A DNA stretch of 64,000 nt from a virus. The stretch covers positions 58,430-122,429 of IMG/VR virus record IMGVR_UViG_3300048999_000166; one strand, written 5' to 3'. Position numbers and translations under genes: made by a program. Positions 1-6,988 of this stretch are shown here, in pieces; positions within the stretch are counted from its first letter, which is position 1, and each line of letters starts with the position of its first letter. Below the pieces are notes generated by a model that was given only the letters and a program-made list of their open reading frames with translations, made no database searches and had not been told where the DNA came from.

Positions 1-161
1 ACCCTCACCAGTCCGGTAATCAATAGTCCAACCGGAATAGTGAAGGGCGACGTTGGTCTCGGGAATGTTGATAACACTTCTGACGCCACCAAGAATTCCG
101 CAACCGCCACACTCACTAACAAGACCCTCACCAGTCCGGTAATCAATAGTCCAACCGGAAT
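1..161 (+). repeat. 38-bp perfect direct repeat (1-38 and 124-161), a 41-codon intragenic repeat
   Basis: accctcaccagtccggtaatcaatagtccaaccggaat occurs twice, 123 bp apart, in frame. Confidence 0.9.
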
Positions 162-612
162 CGTGGCGAGTGACGTCGGAGCGCAACCGCTCGATGGCGA
201 TCTCACCGCGATCGCGGCATTAACTCAGACTTCCGGGTATGTTATCACCAGTAATGGCACGACGTGGACGGCGGCTGCGCCCACCGCATCGTGGTCCACT
301 TTCGTTGAGACGCTAGCGGACGGTTCCACCCTCTCTCCCGACTGCCAGAATGGCTTGATTAGGGTGGGTTCATGCTCTTCATTGAGCCAGAACACTACGC
401 TGAACGCCCCCGCGAACGGATCGGTAGGAGCGACCTATCGGGCGCAAATCACTGCATTCAGCGGTAACTGGGTCGTTACGTTTTCGGGTTGGTTGGGCAC
501 CACGGATAACGCAACATCCTCCATCACCGTCCCGACGGGGAAGACGGCCAGCATCCTCGGGGAGTACTGCGCGGCCGGGTGGATGTATGGCGGCTATACC
601 TTGCAAGCCTAG
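1..612 (+). CDS. Tail fibre/minor tail protein, C-terminal part (5' truncated)
   Basis: Frame open from base 1; repeated TLTNKTLTSPVINSPTG motif and GLGNVDNTSD, typical of phage tail-fibre repeats; Thr/Ser/Gly-rich. Confidence 0.6.
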   Translation, partial: TLTSPVINSPTGIVKGDVGLGNVDNTSDATKNSATATLTNKTLTSPVINSPTGIVASDVGAQPLDGDLTAIAALTQTSGYVITSNGTTWTAAAPTASWSTFVETLADGSTLSPDCQNGLIRVGSCSSLSQNTTLNAPANGSVGATYRAQITAFSGNWVVTFSGWLGTTDNATSSITVPTGKTASILGEYCAAGWMYGGYTLQA

Positions 613-623
613 GGGGATCAGTT

Positions 624-2459
624 ATGGCAACTCCAGCCGCGACCTTCTGCAATATTGGAGTCGGAGCCGGGAAGTCTAACTATCAGCTGGACTACAGCAC
701 GGCCACTGGCGCTGGGATTACCACCGCGACTCCCTCCACGCTGGCCAGCTCCACCGGTATCAGTAGCATTATGTATTCCTCTACTGACGGCAGCGCGATG
801 ATGCTGCGCTCGGACGTGGACGTCGATGTGATCGCCACCAACGGCTACCCGCGTTCGGAGTTCCGGGAGCGTCAGCAGGATGGTTCAACGCTGCGCGCGT
901 TCACCCCGACCAGCGGAGATCACTGGGCCGAGGTGTGGGAGTGTCCCACGCACCTGCCTCCGATCAAGCCCTCCTACGTCATGCTGCAGATGCACGACAA
1001 CAACGACGACATCATCGAGATCGCGTTGCAGCGGCGGACGGACTTCGCCACCACCGGCCTGTTGGAAATCGTCGCTCGGGTTAATGGCTCCAGTCAGGTC
1101 CAGATCGGCGTGGATGGCGGCGGTAACCCGGTCTACTACACCTGGCCGAAGCTGGTGACCACACACGTGTGGGGCACCTGGTACCGACTCAAGATCTACG
1201 TGGGAGCCATCCACTCGGGATCCACGGGATATGAGATCAGCTGTAATTCAGTGACCGTCAAGAATACTGACAACGTGAACATGCCAGCTATGAACACTTC
1301 GGGGGCGAACAGTTACTTCAAATGTGGTATGTATTTGCAAACGAAGTGGACTGGGAGTGGTACCCTAGGTCTAGAGACAGATCGAAATGAATACGGAGAG
1401 GCCGCGTTCCGCGATTTCCGTACTCATCACAATGGAGAAACCGACACTTCGATACAGACACGCGGAACAGATACGCCCGATACGGTCTCTAGCGTGGTGT
1501 GGGGAGCTAAGGCATCTGGTCACCAGACTACCCCACTGTCGTCGGGAGGTACCGGAATTACGCTTACTCCCGCGCTCCCCACTGGACTTGTCCTCGGAGA
1601 TATGGTGTTCTGCATTACTAGGACTAGTCGAGGTATCAATACCACTAGCGCTACGGCTGCCACCTCGGAAGCTCCCGGGCCACCTACCGCTCCATCGACG
1701 CCGAGCATCACCACTGGGTGGACAAAGCTGATCAGCACTCATATGCCTTTTGCGGCGGGGGACACCAATAGTGCGTATCCTGGTAGCCCCAATCTCCAAG
1801 CTCATACGATTCGGTGGCTACTGTTCGGTAAGCCCTGGGTATCGGGGGATACCGCTCCCACTGTGACATACGCGGCTGGTAATACTCTTACGGACACCAT
1901 GACCGCGCACGTGTTTAAGTGTTCCGGGTCTAAATACTCTACAGTGTTCGCGGAGGTAATTGATCAACCACCCAATGGCCTCGATCTGTCCAATCCGGCG
2001 GACAACAACAACACGATCACCGGCATCAACTATGCAGCCGCGACTAGCACGACCGTGCTCGGCCCCACTGCTGCCCTGGCCAGTAACGCCGAGGCAGGCT
2101 CGCTGGCCATCGCATGTGTCTACCACGAGACCAACACGACCAACACGACTATTGGCGTGGTGACCGGTGGATCGGATGGCCTAACGTGGGCCGCGGGGGG
2201 CGTCTCGAACACTACTACGGTGACACCGGCTAGCGGGTCCGGGGCGGAGTGCGATGAACCGGCCTTCGCGCACGACTGGGCTATCGTCCCCTCCAACGCT
2301 GGACAGGCCATCCCGGCCAAGCAGGCCGCAGCGACGATCAGTGGTGACGCGAACAAGCCCTCTACATCGCTCACCACCCCAGGCAGTGGGTGGGGCGTCC
2401 TGTTCACGATCGCGGCAGCTAGGAACCGCCGTAAGTGGATGCGGGCGGCGAGTTACTAG
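624..2459 (+). CDS. Virion-associated polysaccharide lyase family 7 (alginate lyase-like) domain protein, putative depolymerase/receptor-binding protein
   Basis: PL7 signature motifs RSEFRE, QMH (QIH-like) and YFKCGMYLQ (YFKAGxYxQ-like) in the N-terminal half; Thr/Gly-rich C-terminal half; RBS ggggga before ATG 624; follows the tail gene. Confidence 0.7.
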   Translation: MATPAATFCNIGVGAGKSNYQLDYSTATGAGITTATPSTLASSTGISSIMYSSTDGSAMMLRSDVDVDVIATNGYPRSEFRERQQDGSTLRAFTPTSGDHWAEVWECPTHLPPIKPSYVMLQMHDNNDDIIEIALQRRTDFATTGLLEIVARVNGSSQVQIGVDGGGNPVYYTWPKLVTTHVWGTWYRLKIYVGAIHSGSTGYEISCNSVTVKNTDNVNMPAMNTSGANSYFKCGMYLQTKWTGSGTLGLETDRNEYGEAAFRDFRTHHNGETDTSIQTRGTDTPDTVSSVVWGAKASGHQTTPLSSGGTGITLTPALPTGLVLGDMVFCITRTSRGINTTSATAATSEAPGPPTAPSTPSITTGWTKLISTHMPFAAGDTNSAYPGSPNLQAHTIRWLLFGKPWVSGDTAPTVTYAAGNTLTDTMTAHVFKCSGSKYSTVFAEVIDQPPNGLDLSNPADNNNTITGINYAAATSTTVLGPTAALASNAEAGSLAIACVYHETNTTNTTIGVVTGGSDGLTWAAGGVSNTTTVTPASGSGAECDEPAFAHDWAIVPSNAGQAIPAKQAAATISGDANKPSTSLTTPGSGWGVLFTIAAARNRRKWMRAASY

Positions 2460-3142
2460 TCCGACTCTATCCACGTGGCCTGTCGTGCGTTCGGGAACAT
2501 CGATTCGCTCAAGGGTTCCGTCACGAAGAACCCCGCGATAGAGATCCGGTTGGCCCCCTCTACCTTCGTCACGAAGTGCAACGCGTCCGCCGCCATGAAC
2601 ACCAGCCGATTGGGCTTGGGGAAGATGAACAACCCATGCCCCGGTGACAACGCGCGCCGCGCCTCCTCTCGATCGTCGAGCCACGGAAGGATGTCTCCGC
2701 AGGACGGGGTATCGCGATCGAGGACGCAGAGGATGCCTCCCCAGTGCGGGCGCCACTCCGGGTGCGCGAAGTAGATGTACGACCCGGCCCCGCCTGGCTC
2801 GTCCGCGTGCAGGGAGAGACCGCTACCTGGCGGGTACACCCACGGAGCGAAGTTGACGAACTCATGATCGTCCACCACCGTCTTGAGTAGCTCGTGTTCG
2901 TGGGCGGACCCGACAAGCGTGCAGAACCGATCGAGCACGCGCGGTCCGGGCATCGGAGCGCGTTGTCCCGTCAAGGGGAAGCCATCGTGCGGACGCCACA
3001 CCTTCGACACGGTCGTCACATGGACATTCTGGAAGGTGCTGGAGCTGATCCAGTTGAACAGCTGGGAAGCGTAGTCGGCGTCGAACACGTCGTCGAAGAC
3101 CGCGACCTTGTCGGTGAGCAGCGCGGGCTTATCGAAGTCCAT
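2456..3142 (-). CDS. 2OG-Fe(II) oxygenase (prolyl-4-hydroxylase-like)
   Basis: HAD (HxD) motif, W..HWGG.L, distal H (ALHFV) and R.SIAGF. Confidence 0.85.
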   Translation of the reverse strand: MDFDKPALLTDKVAVFDDVFDADYASQLFNWISSSTFQNVHVTTVSKVWRPHDGFPLTGQRAPMPGPRVLDRFCTLVGSAHEHELLKTVVDDHEFVNFAPWVYPPGSGLSLHADEPGGAGSYIYFAHPEWRPHWGGILCVLDRDTPSCGDILPWLDDREEARRALSPGHGLFIFPKPNRLVFMAADALHFVTKVEGANRISIAGFFVTEPLSESMFPNARQATWIESD

Positions 3143-3151
3143 GTGCTCACT

Positions 3152-3415
3152 CTATCGGCGCTGACCGCAGCTGCGGCAGCCCTCGAAGTCAGCGGGCCGA
3201 TGCTTCCACGGCCGGCGCTCCTCGGGGCGCCCCTCCCACACTTCGGCCCAGCGGTGGCGACCGACTCTGCACAGGGTCGCGGCCAGGAGCTGATCCTTGC
3301 GCCGGTAGGACCACGTCATCTGCAGGTGGTTGCGCGTCCCGCCGTAGAGGCCGCGGCAGTACGCGGACCCGGGCCAGTGATCGAGCGGGTGGAACTGGGA
3401 GAAGTCGAGCTTCAT
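3152..3415 (-). CDS. Hypothetical protein
   Basis: 87 aa ORF, same strand and adjacent to the oxygenase, GC3-rich codons. Confidence 0.55.
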   Translation of the reverse strand: MKLDFSQFHPLDHWPGSAYCRGLYGGTRNHLQMTWSYRRKDQLLAATLCRVGRHRWAEVWEGRPEERRPWKHRPADFEGCRSCGQRR

Positions 3416-3458
3416 GTGGTTACCCCGTGACGTGGGTCAGCCGGTGAGGTAGTAGTCC

Positions 3459-3532
3459 AGCCGGGTCCGGAGATCAGCCCTTCGCCATCGTGGGTGCACC
3501 CAGAGAATGACCGCGCAGAGGCGCGCCCGGCT
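3459..3532 (-). ncRNA. Candidate structured RNA (74 nt, closed by a 7-bp stem) abutting tRNA-Trp
   Basis: AGCCGGG...CCCGGCT terminal stem with internal hairpins CGCGC/GCGCG and TGGG/CCCA. Confidence 0.3.
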
Positions 3533-3536
3533 AGCG

Positions 3537-3604
3537 CACGGGCGGAAGGAATCGAACCCTCGCCTGGCGGTTTTGGAGACCGCCGGCTCGCCATGAGCGC
3601 CCAT
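3537..3604 (-). tRNA. tRNA-Trp(CCA), compact D region
   Basis: Acceptor ATGGGCG/CGCCCGT, anticodon arm GCGGT-CTCCAAA-ACCGC, T arm GAGGG-TTCGATT-CCTTC; no encoded 3' CCA. Confidence 0.8.
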
Positions 3605-3609
3605 CTGGT

Positions 3610-3667
3610 GACGACAGGGCCCCGACCAGAAGGAGTTTGGGACGCCCCGGTTCGAGGCCCTGTCATC
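3610..3667 (-). ncRNA. Candidate structured RNA (58 nt, 12-bp terminal stem) between the two tRNAs
   Basis: GATGACAGGGCC...GGCCCTGTCGTC; the one non-Watson-Crick pair is G.U only on the minus strand. Confidence 0.35.
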
Positions 3668-3668
3668 G

Positions 3669-3744
3669 TAGCGGTTCCGAGATTCGAACTCGGGATCTCA
3701 AGGTTATGAGCCTTGCGGGGACGGCCGAACTCCCCTAAACCGCT
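3669..3744 (-). tRNA. tRNA-Met(CAT) (Met/fMet/Ile2 identity not resolved)
   Basis: Acceptor AGCGGTT/AACCGCT, D arm GGGG...CCCC, anticodon arm CAAGG-CTCATAA-CCTTG, T arm CCGAG-TTCGAAT-CTCGG. Confidence 0.92.
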
Positions 3745-3748
3745 CTGT

Positions 3749-3811
3749 GCGACACCCCCGCCAGCTAGCTGTTCAGCAGGGCCCAGGGGCCCTTTCGCCA
3801 GCGGGGGTCGC
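3749..3811 (-). ncRNA. Candidate structured RNA (63 nt multi-stem) just 5' of tRNA-Met
   Basis: GCGAC-CCCCGC...GCGGGG-TGTCGC outer stem enclosing GGGCC/GGCCC and GCT/AGC hairpins. Confidence 0.35.
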
Positions 3812-3826
3812 GTCGGTGAGCTTAGC

Positions 3827-4102
3827 TCAAAAGCCGCGCTCGCGCTTCATATCAGCGGTGAGATCGTCGAGCTTCCGGATGAACTCACCGAGGTCGATGT
3901 TGTGCAGGATGTGCGTGGTCCGGGCGGTGGTCTCGTCCTCGTAGACGATGTGCACCTCGATGTCGGAGTAGGAGCACGTCTCGCAGTAGCCGCCCCAGGT
4001 GGTCTCCTGGTCGACGGACAGGACGCGGTCGATGCGCGTGACACCCTGGCGCTCCAGGTAGCGCTTGACTACCTCGTAGAACCCCAGGGTGCCCTCGCTC
4101 AT
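3827..4102 (-). CDS. Hypothetical protein
   Basis: 91 aa; ATG abuts the Ro60 stop codon; CxxC (YCETC). Confidence 0.65.
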   Translation of the reverse strand: MSEGTLGFYEVVKRYLERQGVTRIDRVLSVDQETTWGGYCETCSYSDIEVHIVYEDETTARTTHILHNIDLGEFIRKLDDLTADMKRERGF

Positions 4103-5767
4103 CTAGATCGCTCCTCGTGCGAAGTCGGCCAGCAGGTTCGGGACGTTCGAGTCGAAGCCCGAGACATCCAGCGTTCCCTCGTCGGCCGGGTCCGCGATCG
4201 TGAACTCAGTCGGCGTCAGCGCGACCACCGCCAGCCGGGTGTTGATGCCGGAGGTCTCGCGGTAGCGCTTCAGAGCCTGCTGCGGGTGGATCGCCCCCGC
4301 CCACGTCTCGTTGTCGGTCAGCACCTCGATGACGTCGTACTCCTTCTTCAGCGCGCCCGCCCACAGCATGGGCAGCGCACAATCAGTGGAGCCGAACGGG
4401 AGCCGCTCGATGGTGCGTACCGCATCGTCGAGCCGCTGACGCGGGCTGAGCGCCAGCTCGCTCACGTCGGTGAACTGCTGGCTCCGACCCCAACCGCCAC
4501 CGGTGAAGCCGATGACGTCGCACGCGGGCTCCGTCGCCATCGTGAACAGCGCCAGCGCCGCCGTGACCTCCCGGCAGGTGATCGCCGAGTAGTTCGGCTG
4601 GCGGTAGCCGCCGCGACCCTTGCGGGGCGCGCCCTGAGCCGGGCTACCCATCGAGCCGGACACGTCCAGCGCGAGCAGGTGCCGCTTGTTCGAGGGCTCG
4701 AAGGTCCCGAAGGTCCGGTAGAACGCGGAGTCGAGCGCGTCCACGATCTGACGCTTCGGGCTCCAGGTGTTCTCCCCCATCATCGACTGGCCGCGGCTGT
4801 AGGTACGCAGCGCGACCAGCGCGTTGATCGGGTGGATCCGGGCCTTGCGCAGCTTGTCGGTGTCCTGCAGCTGCGCGGTCACCGTCGCCAGCGACTGCGC
4901 CGAGTTGAACACCCCCAGGTTCGTCAGCCGCGGCAGCTGCCGGATCAGCGCGGTCATCGGGACACCAGCGGCGATCAGGGCGTGCCACACCTCCGCCTGA
5001 GTCACCGCGGCGTCGGGCAGCGCCTCCCAGGGCAGCCGGAAATTAGTGACCAGCTCGACCCACTGCGCGACGGTGGTCGCCTCCTGCGCCTTCTCGAACG
5101 CATCCACCAGCGCGGGCTTGACCTTCGGGTCGCTGTCCTTGCCCTCGTGCTTGACCATCCAGTCGAACAGCGCCTTGCGCTCCGGCTCGTCGGTCTGCGG
5201 GTGGGACAGGCGCAGCAGATCGCGGTGGCTCCAGCCCTCGCGCTGCCGGTACTTGATCGCCTGGTAGGCCACGGACTCGACCGGCTTATCGAGGTACCAG
5301 TTGCGCACCGCCCGACGCAGCCCACCGCCCCAGCCGCGGAACTGCTCCGCGTAGCGGGTGAACAGGTAGAGGTGCGTGCCGGTGCGGCACACCTTCGAGA
5401 CCGCATCGTTGGCCGCCCGCCGGGCCGCCTCTGTGCCGCCCAGCGCCGACACAGCGGCGAGCGCGAAGATGGCCGGGTTCTGTCGCGGCGCTCGACCCGC
5501 GACCGAGATCTCGACGATGCGCTCGACCAGCCACTCACCTCGGTCACGCGCGGCGGCCAGGATGACCTGCGCGTTGTCCTTGGTGAGGTCGGCCTCGGTC
5601 ACGTAGTAGGTACCGCCATCGGTGCCGAGGGTGAGGAAGCGGTTGACCCGCGTCTCATCGCCGACCTGGAAGACATAGCCGCCCGCGTTGTTCTTGACCT
5701 GGCGGGGGTCAGCCTTCTCCGACTGGGGAGTCTTGCGGGTACTGATTGCGGTCAGTGCGTCGGCCAT
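4103..5767 (-). CDS. rsr: Ro60/Rsr RNA-binding protein (TROVE + vWA domains)
   Basis: QVKNNAGGYVF, RFLTLGTDGGTYY, KYRQREGWSHRDLLRLSHP, LRNL-like IRQLPRL, vWA DVSGSM and TDNETWAG motifs; RBS GAGAGGAAAG before ATG 5767. Confidence 0.95.
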   Translation of the reverse strand: MADALTAISTRKTPQSEKADPRQVKNNAGGYVFQVGDETRVNRFLTLGTDGGTYYVTEADLTKDNAQVILAAARDRGEWLVERIVEISVAGRAPRQNPAIFALAAVSALGGTEAARRAANDAVSKVCRTGTHLYLFTRYAEQFRGWGGGLRRAVRNWYLDKPVESVAYQAIKYRQREGWSHRDLLRLSHPQTDEPERKALFDWMVKHEGKDSDPKVKPALVDAFEKAQEATTVAQWVELVTNFRLPWEALPDAAVTQAEVWHALIAAGVPMTALIRQLPRLTNLGVFNSAQSLATVTAQLQDTDKLRKARIHPINALVALRTYSRGQSMMGENTWSPKRQIVDALDSAFYRTFGTFEPSNKRHLLALDVSGSMGSPAQGAPRKGRGGYRQPNYSAITCREVTAALALFTMATEPACDVIGFTGGGWGRSQQFTDVSELALSPRQRLDDAVRTIERLPFGSTDCALPMLWAGALKKEYDVIEVLTDNETWAGAIHPQQALKRYRETSGINTRLAVVALTPTEFTIADPADEGTLDVSGFDSNVPNLLADFARGAI

Positions 5768-5789
5768 GGTCTTTCCTCTCATGAGTGGA

Positions 5790-5902
5790 CCCGCGCGGGC
5801 ATGCACATATCGAGACTGGAGGTCCCACCTCCAGCAGGTAAAGCCTGCCTTGGTGCGACTCCCGAAGCCGGAAGATAACCAGCCTCGTCCGGCCCGCGCG
5901 GG
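5790..5902 (-). ncRNA. Y RNA-like unit 1
   Basis: 11-bp terminal stem, GGGCCGG 5' motif, CTGGTTATC, CCAG, 3' CATGCCC. Confidence 0.7.
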
Positions 5903-5913
5903 CCCGTGTAGGG

Positions 5914-5978
5914 GATGGGCATGTGAGCGACAACCGGTTCAAGTGAGAGTTGTGTTAACCGACTGTCTCCGGCCCATC
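5914..5978 (-). ncRNA. Y RNA-like unit 2 (minimal, no tRNA-like domain)
   Basis: GATGGGC/GCCCATC stem, CCGG, TCGGTTAAC, CCGG, CATG. Confidence 0.7.
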
Positions 5979-5999
5979 TTCACTATAGAATTGTATTGC

Positions 6000-6114
6000 G
6001 ACAGCGGGCATGTTGTGACGTACCGGGGTTAAGCGGCATCCAGCCCGAGCGAGGAATCGAACCTCGACCTTCTTTTTCGCAGAAAGATAACCGATGTGTC
6101 TCCGGCCCGCTGTC
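6000..6114 (-). ncRNA. Y RNA-like unit 3 (with T arm)
   Basis: 10-bp terminal stem, scaffold motifs, T arm GAGG-TTCGATT-CCTC. Confidence 0.8.
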
Positions 6115-6134
6115 CATTATCTAGTTTTATAGGG

Positions 6135-6201
6135 GGACAGGCATGTGATGATGACCGGTGTTTGTCCGTTACAAGGGTAACCGACCATCTCCGGCCTGTC
6201 C
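6135..6201 (-). ncRNA. Y RNA-like unit 4 (minimal)
   Basis: GGACAGGC/GCCTGTCC stem, TCGGTTACC, CCGG, CATG; only a GTTAC/GTAAC hairpin as cargo. Confidence 0.7.
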
Positions 6202-6221
6202 TTCAATATCGAGTTGTAGAG

Positions 6222-6352
6222 GGATGGGCATGGAGTTCGACGACCGGTACGGAGGCCTAGGGGTGGGAGTCGAACCCACGCCTCGGGACCGGAGTCCCGC
6301 GTGCTCCCGGACTGCACTACCCCAGAGGTAACCGACTGCCTTCGGCCCATCC
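6222..6352 (-). ncRNA. Y RNA-like unit 5 carrying a complete non-permuted tRNA cloverleaf (6256-6326)
   Basis: Scaffold motifs plus acceptor TCTGGGG/CCCTAGG, D arm GTGC/GCAC, anticodon arm with 6-nt loop CTCCGG, T arm GTGGG-TTCGACT-CCCAC. Confidence 0.8.
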
Positions 6353-6362
6353 TTGGCTATGC

Positions 6363-6496
6363 GAACGCGGACATGTAAGTGACTGCCGGGGAAAGTGACT
6401 TACCAATTCGTCCACACTGTGTGCTAACACAGCGGCGGGACTCGAACCCGCATCCCCACCTTTCGAGGGTAACCGACCGTCGTCCGGCCCGCGTCC
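6363..6496 (-). ncRNA. YrlA-type Y RNA unit 6 (permuted tRNA: T arm, acceptor hairpin, D arm)
   Basis: T arm GCGGG-TTCGAGT-CCCGC, hairpin CGCTGTGT/ACACAGTG, Leu-like D arm GAC-GAATTGGTAA-GTC; terminal stem has two G.U pairs on the minus strand. Confidence 0.85.
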
Positions 6497-6508
6497 AATA
6501 TTGAGTTA

Positions 6509-6588
6509 TAGGAGCCCGGACTCGCATCCCATCGGTGTTAGTTCCTCCGCCCGGGCGGAGAGGCACCGTGTGCCTGGGGCTAGTCCTA
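6509..6588 (-). ncRNA. Atypical multi-hairpin RNA inside the array, lacking the Y scaffold motifs
   Basis: TAGGA..AGCCC/GGGCT.CCTA outer stem, AGGCAC/GTGCCT and CTCCGC/GCGGAG hairpins. Confidence 0.35.
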
Positions 6589-6592
6589 GGTA

Positions 6593-6704
6593 GAACGGAC
6601 ATGGTGAGCAGCACCGGAGTGCGGACTCGAACCGCTCGAAACTCAGGTGTTATCCCTCGTCTCCGTCAGCCAGATGCGATAACCGATACTCGTCCGGCCC
6701 GTTC
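6593..6704 (-). ncRNA. Y RNA-like unit 7 (T arm near 3' side)
   Basis: GAACGGGC/GTCCGTTC stem, TCGGTTATC, T arm GCGG-TTCGAGT-CCGC, CCGG, CATG. Confidence 0.75.
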
Positions 6705-6725
6705 CTAATATGAAATTGTTTAGTT

Positions 6726-6825
6726 GGACAGGCATGTTCAGGCAGAACCAGATCTACCATGAAGGCGATCCTCGCGGAGCCTTTCACCGGAGTCGAACCG
6801 ATAACTGATTCCAGTCGGCCTGTCC
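6726..6825 (-). ncRNA. Y RNA-like unit 8
   Basis: 8-bp terminal stem; TCAG/CTGG compensatory variant of the TCGG/CCGG helix; T arm CGG-TTCGACT-CCG. Confidence 0.75.
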
Positions 6826-6834
6826 TCATTAGGC

Positions 6835-6971
6835 GGATGGGCATGTTTGTGGCTGCCGGAAAAATTTCTATTGCTCTACCAACTGAGCTACGCTCCCACG
6901 CGAGTGAAAACGACTGGACTCGAACCAGCGACCCACAGATTATTGGTTAACCGACGACCGCCGGCCCATCC
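6835..6971 (-). ncRNA. YrlA-type Y RNA unit 9 (permuted tRNA)
   Basis: T arm GCTGG-TTCGAGT-CCAGT, acceptor hairpin CGTTTTCAC/GTGGGAGCG, canonical D arm TAGCTCAGTTGGTAGAGC. Confidence 0.85.
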
Positions 6972-6988
6972 TCACTATTGAGTTAGAC

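Noticed and set aside
1-161. 38-bp direct repeat as a regulatory or terminal repeat
   Set aside because: In frame within a tail-fibre ORF and explained by a protein repeat
3713-5878. 721-aa plus-strand ORF and other long antisense ORFs (e.g. 10833-12104, 30729-32231, 34038-35381, 53603-55030)
   Set aside because: Shadow frames of well-supported opposite-strand genes in high-GC DNA; no motifs, and Arg/Ala/Gly-rich composition
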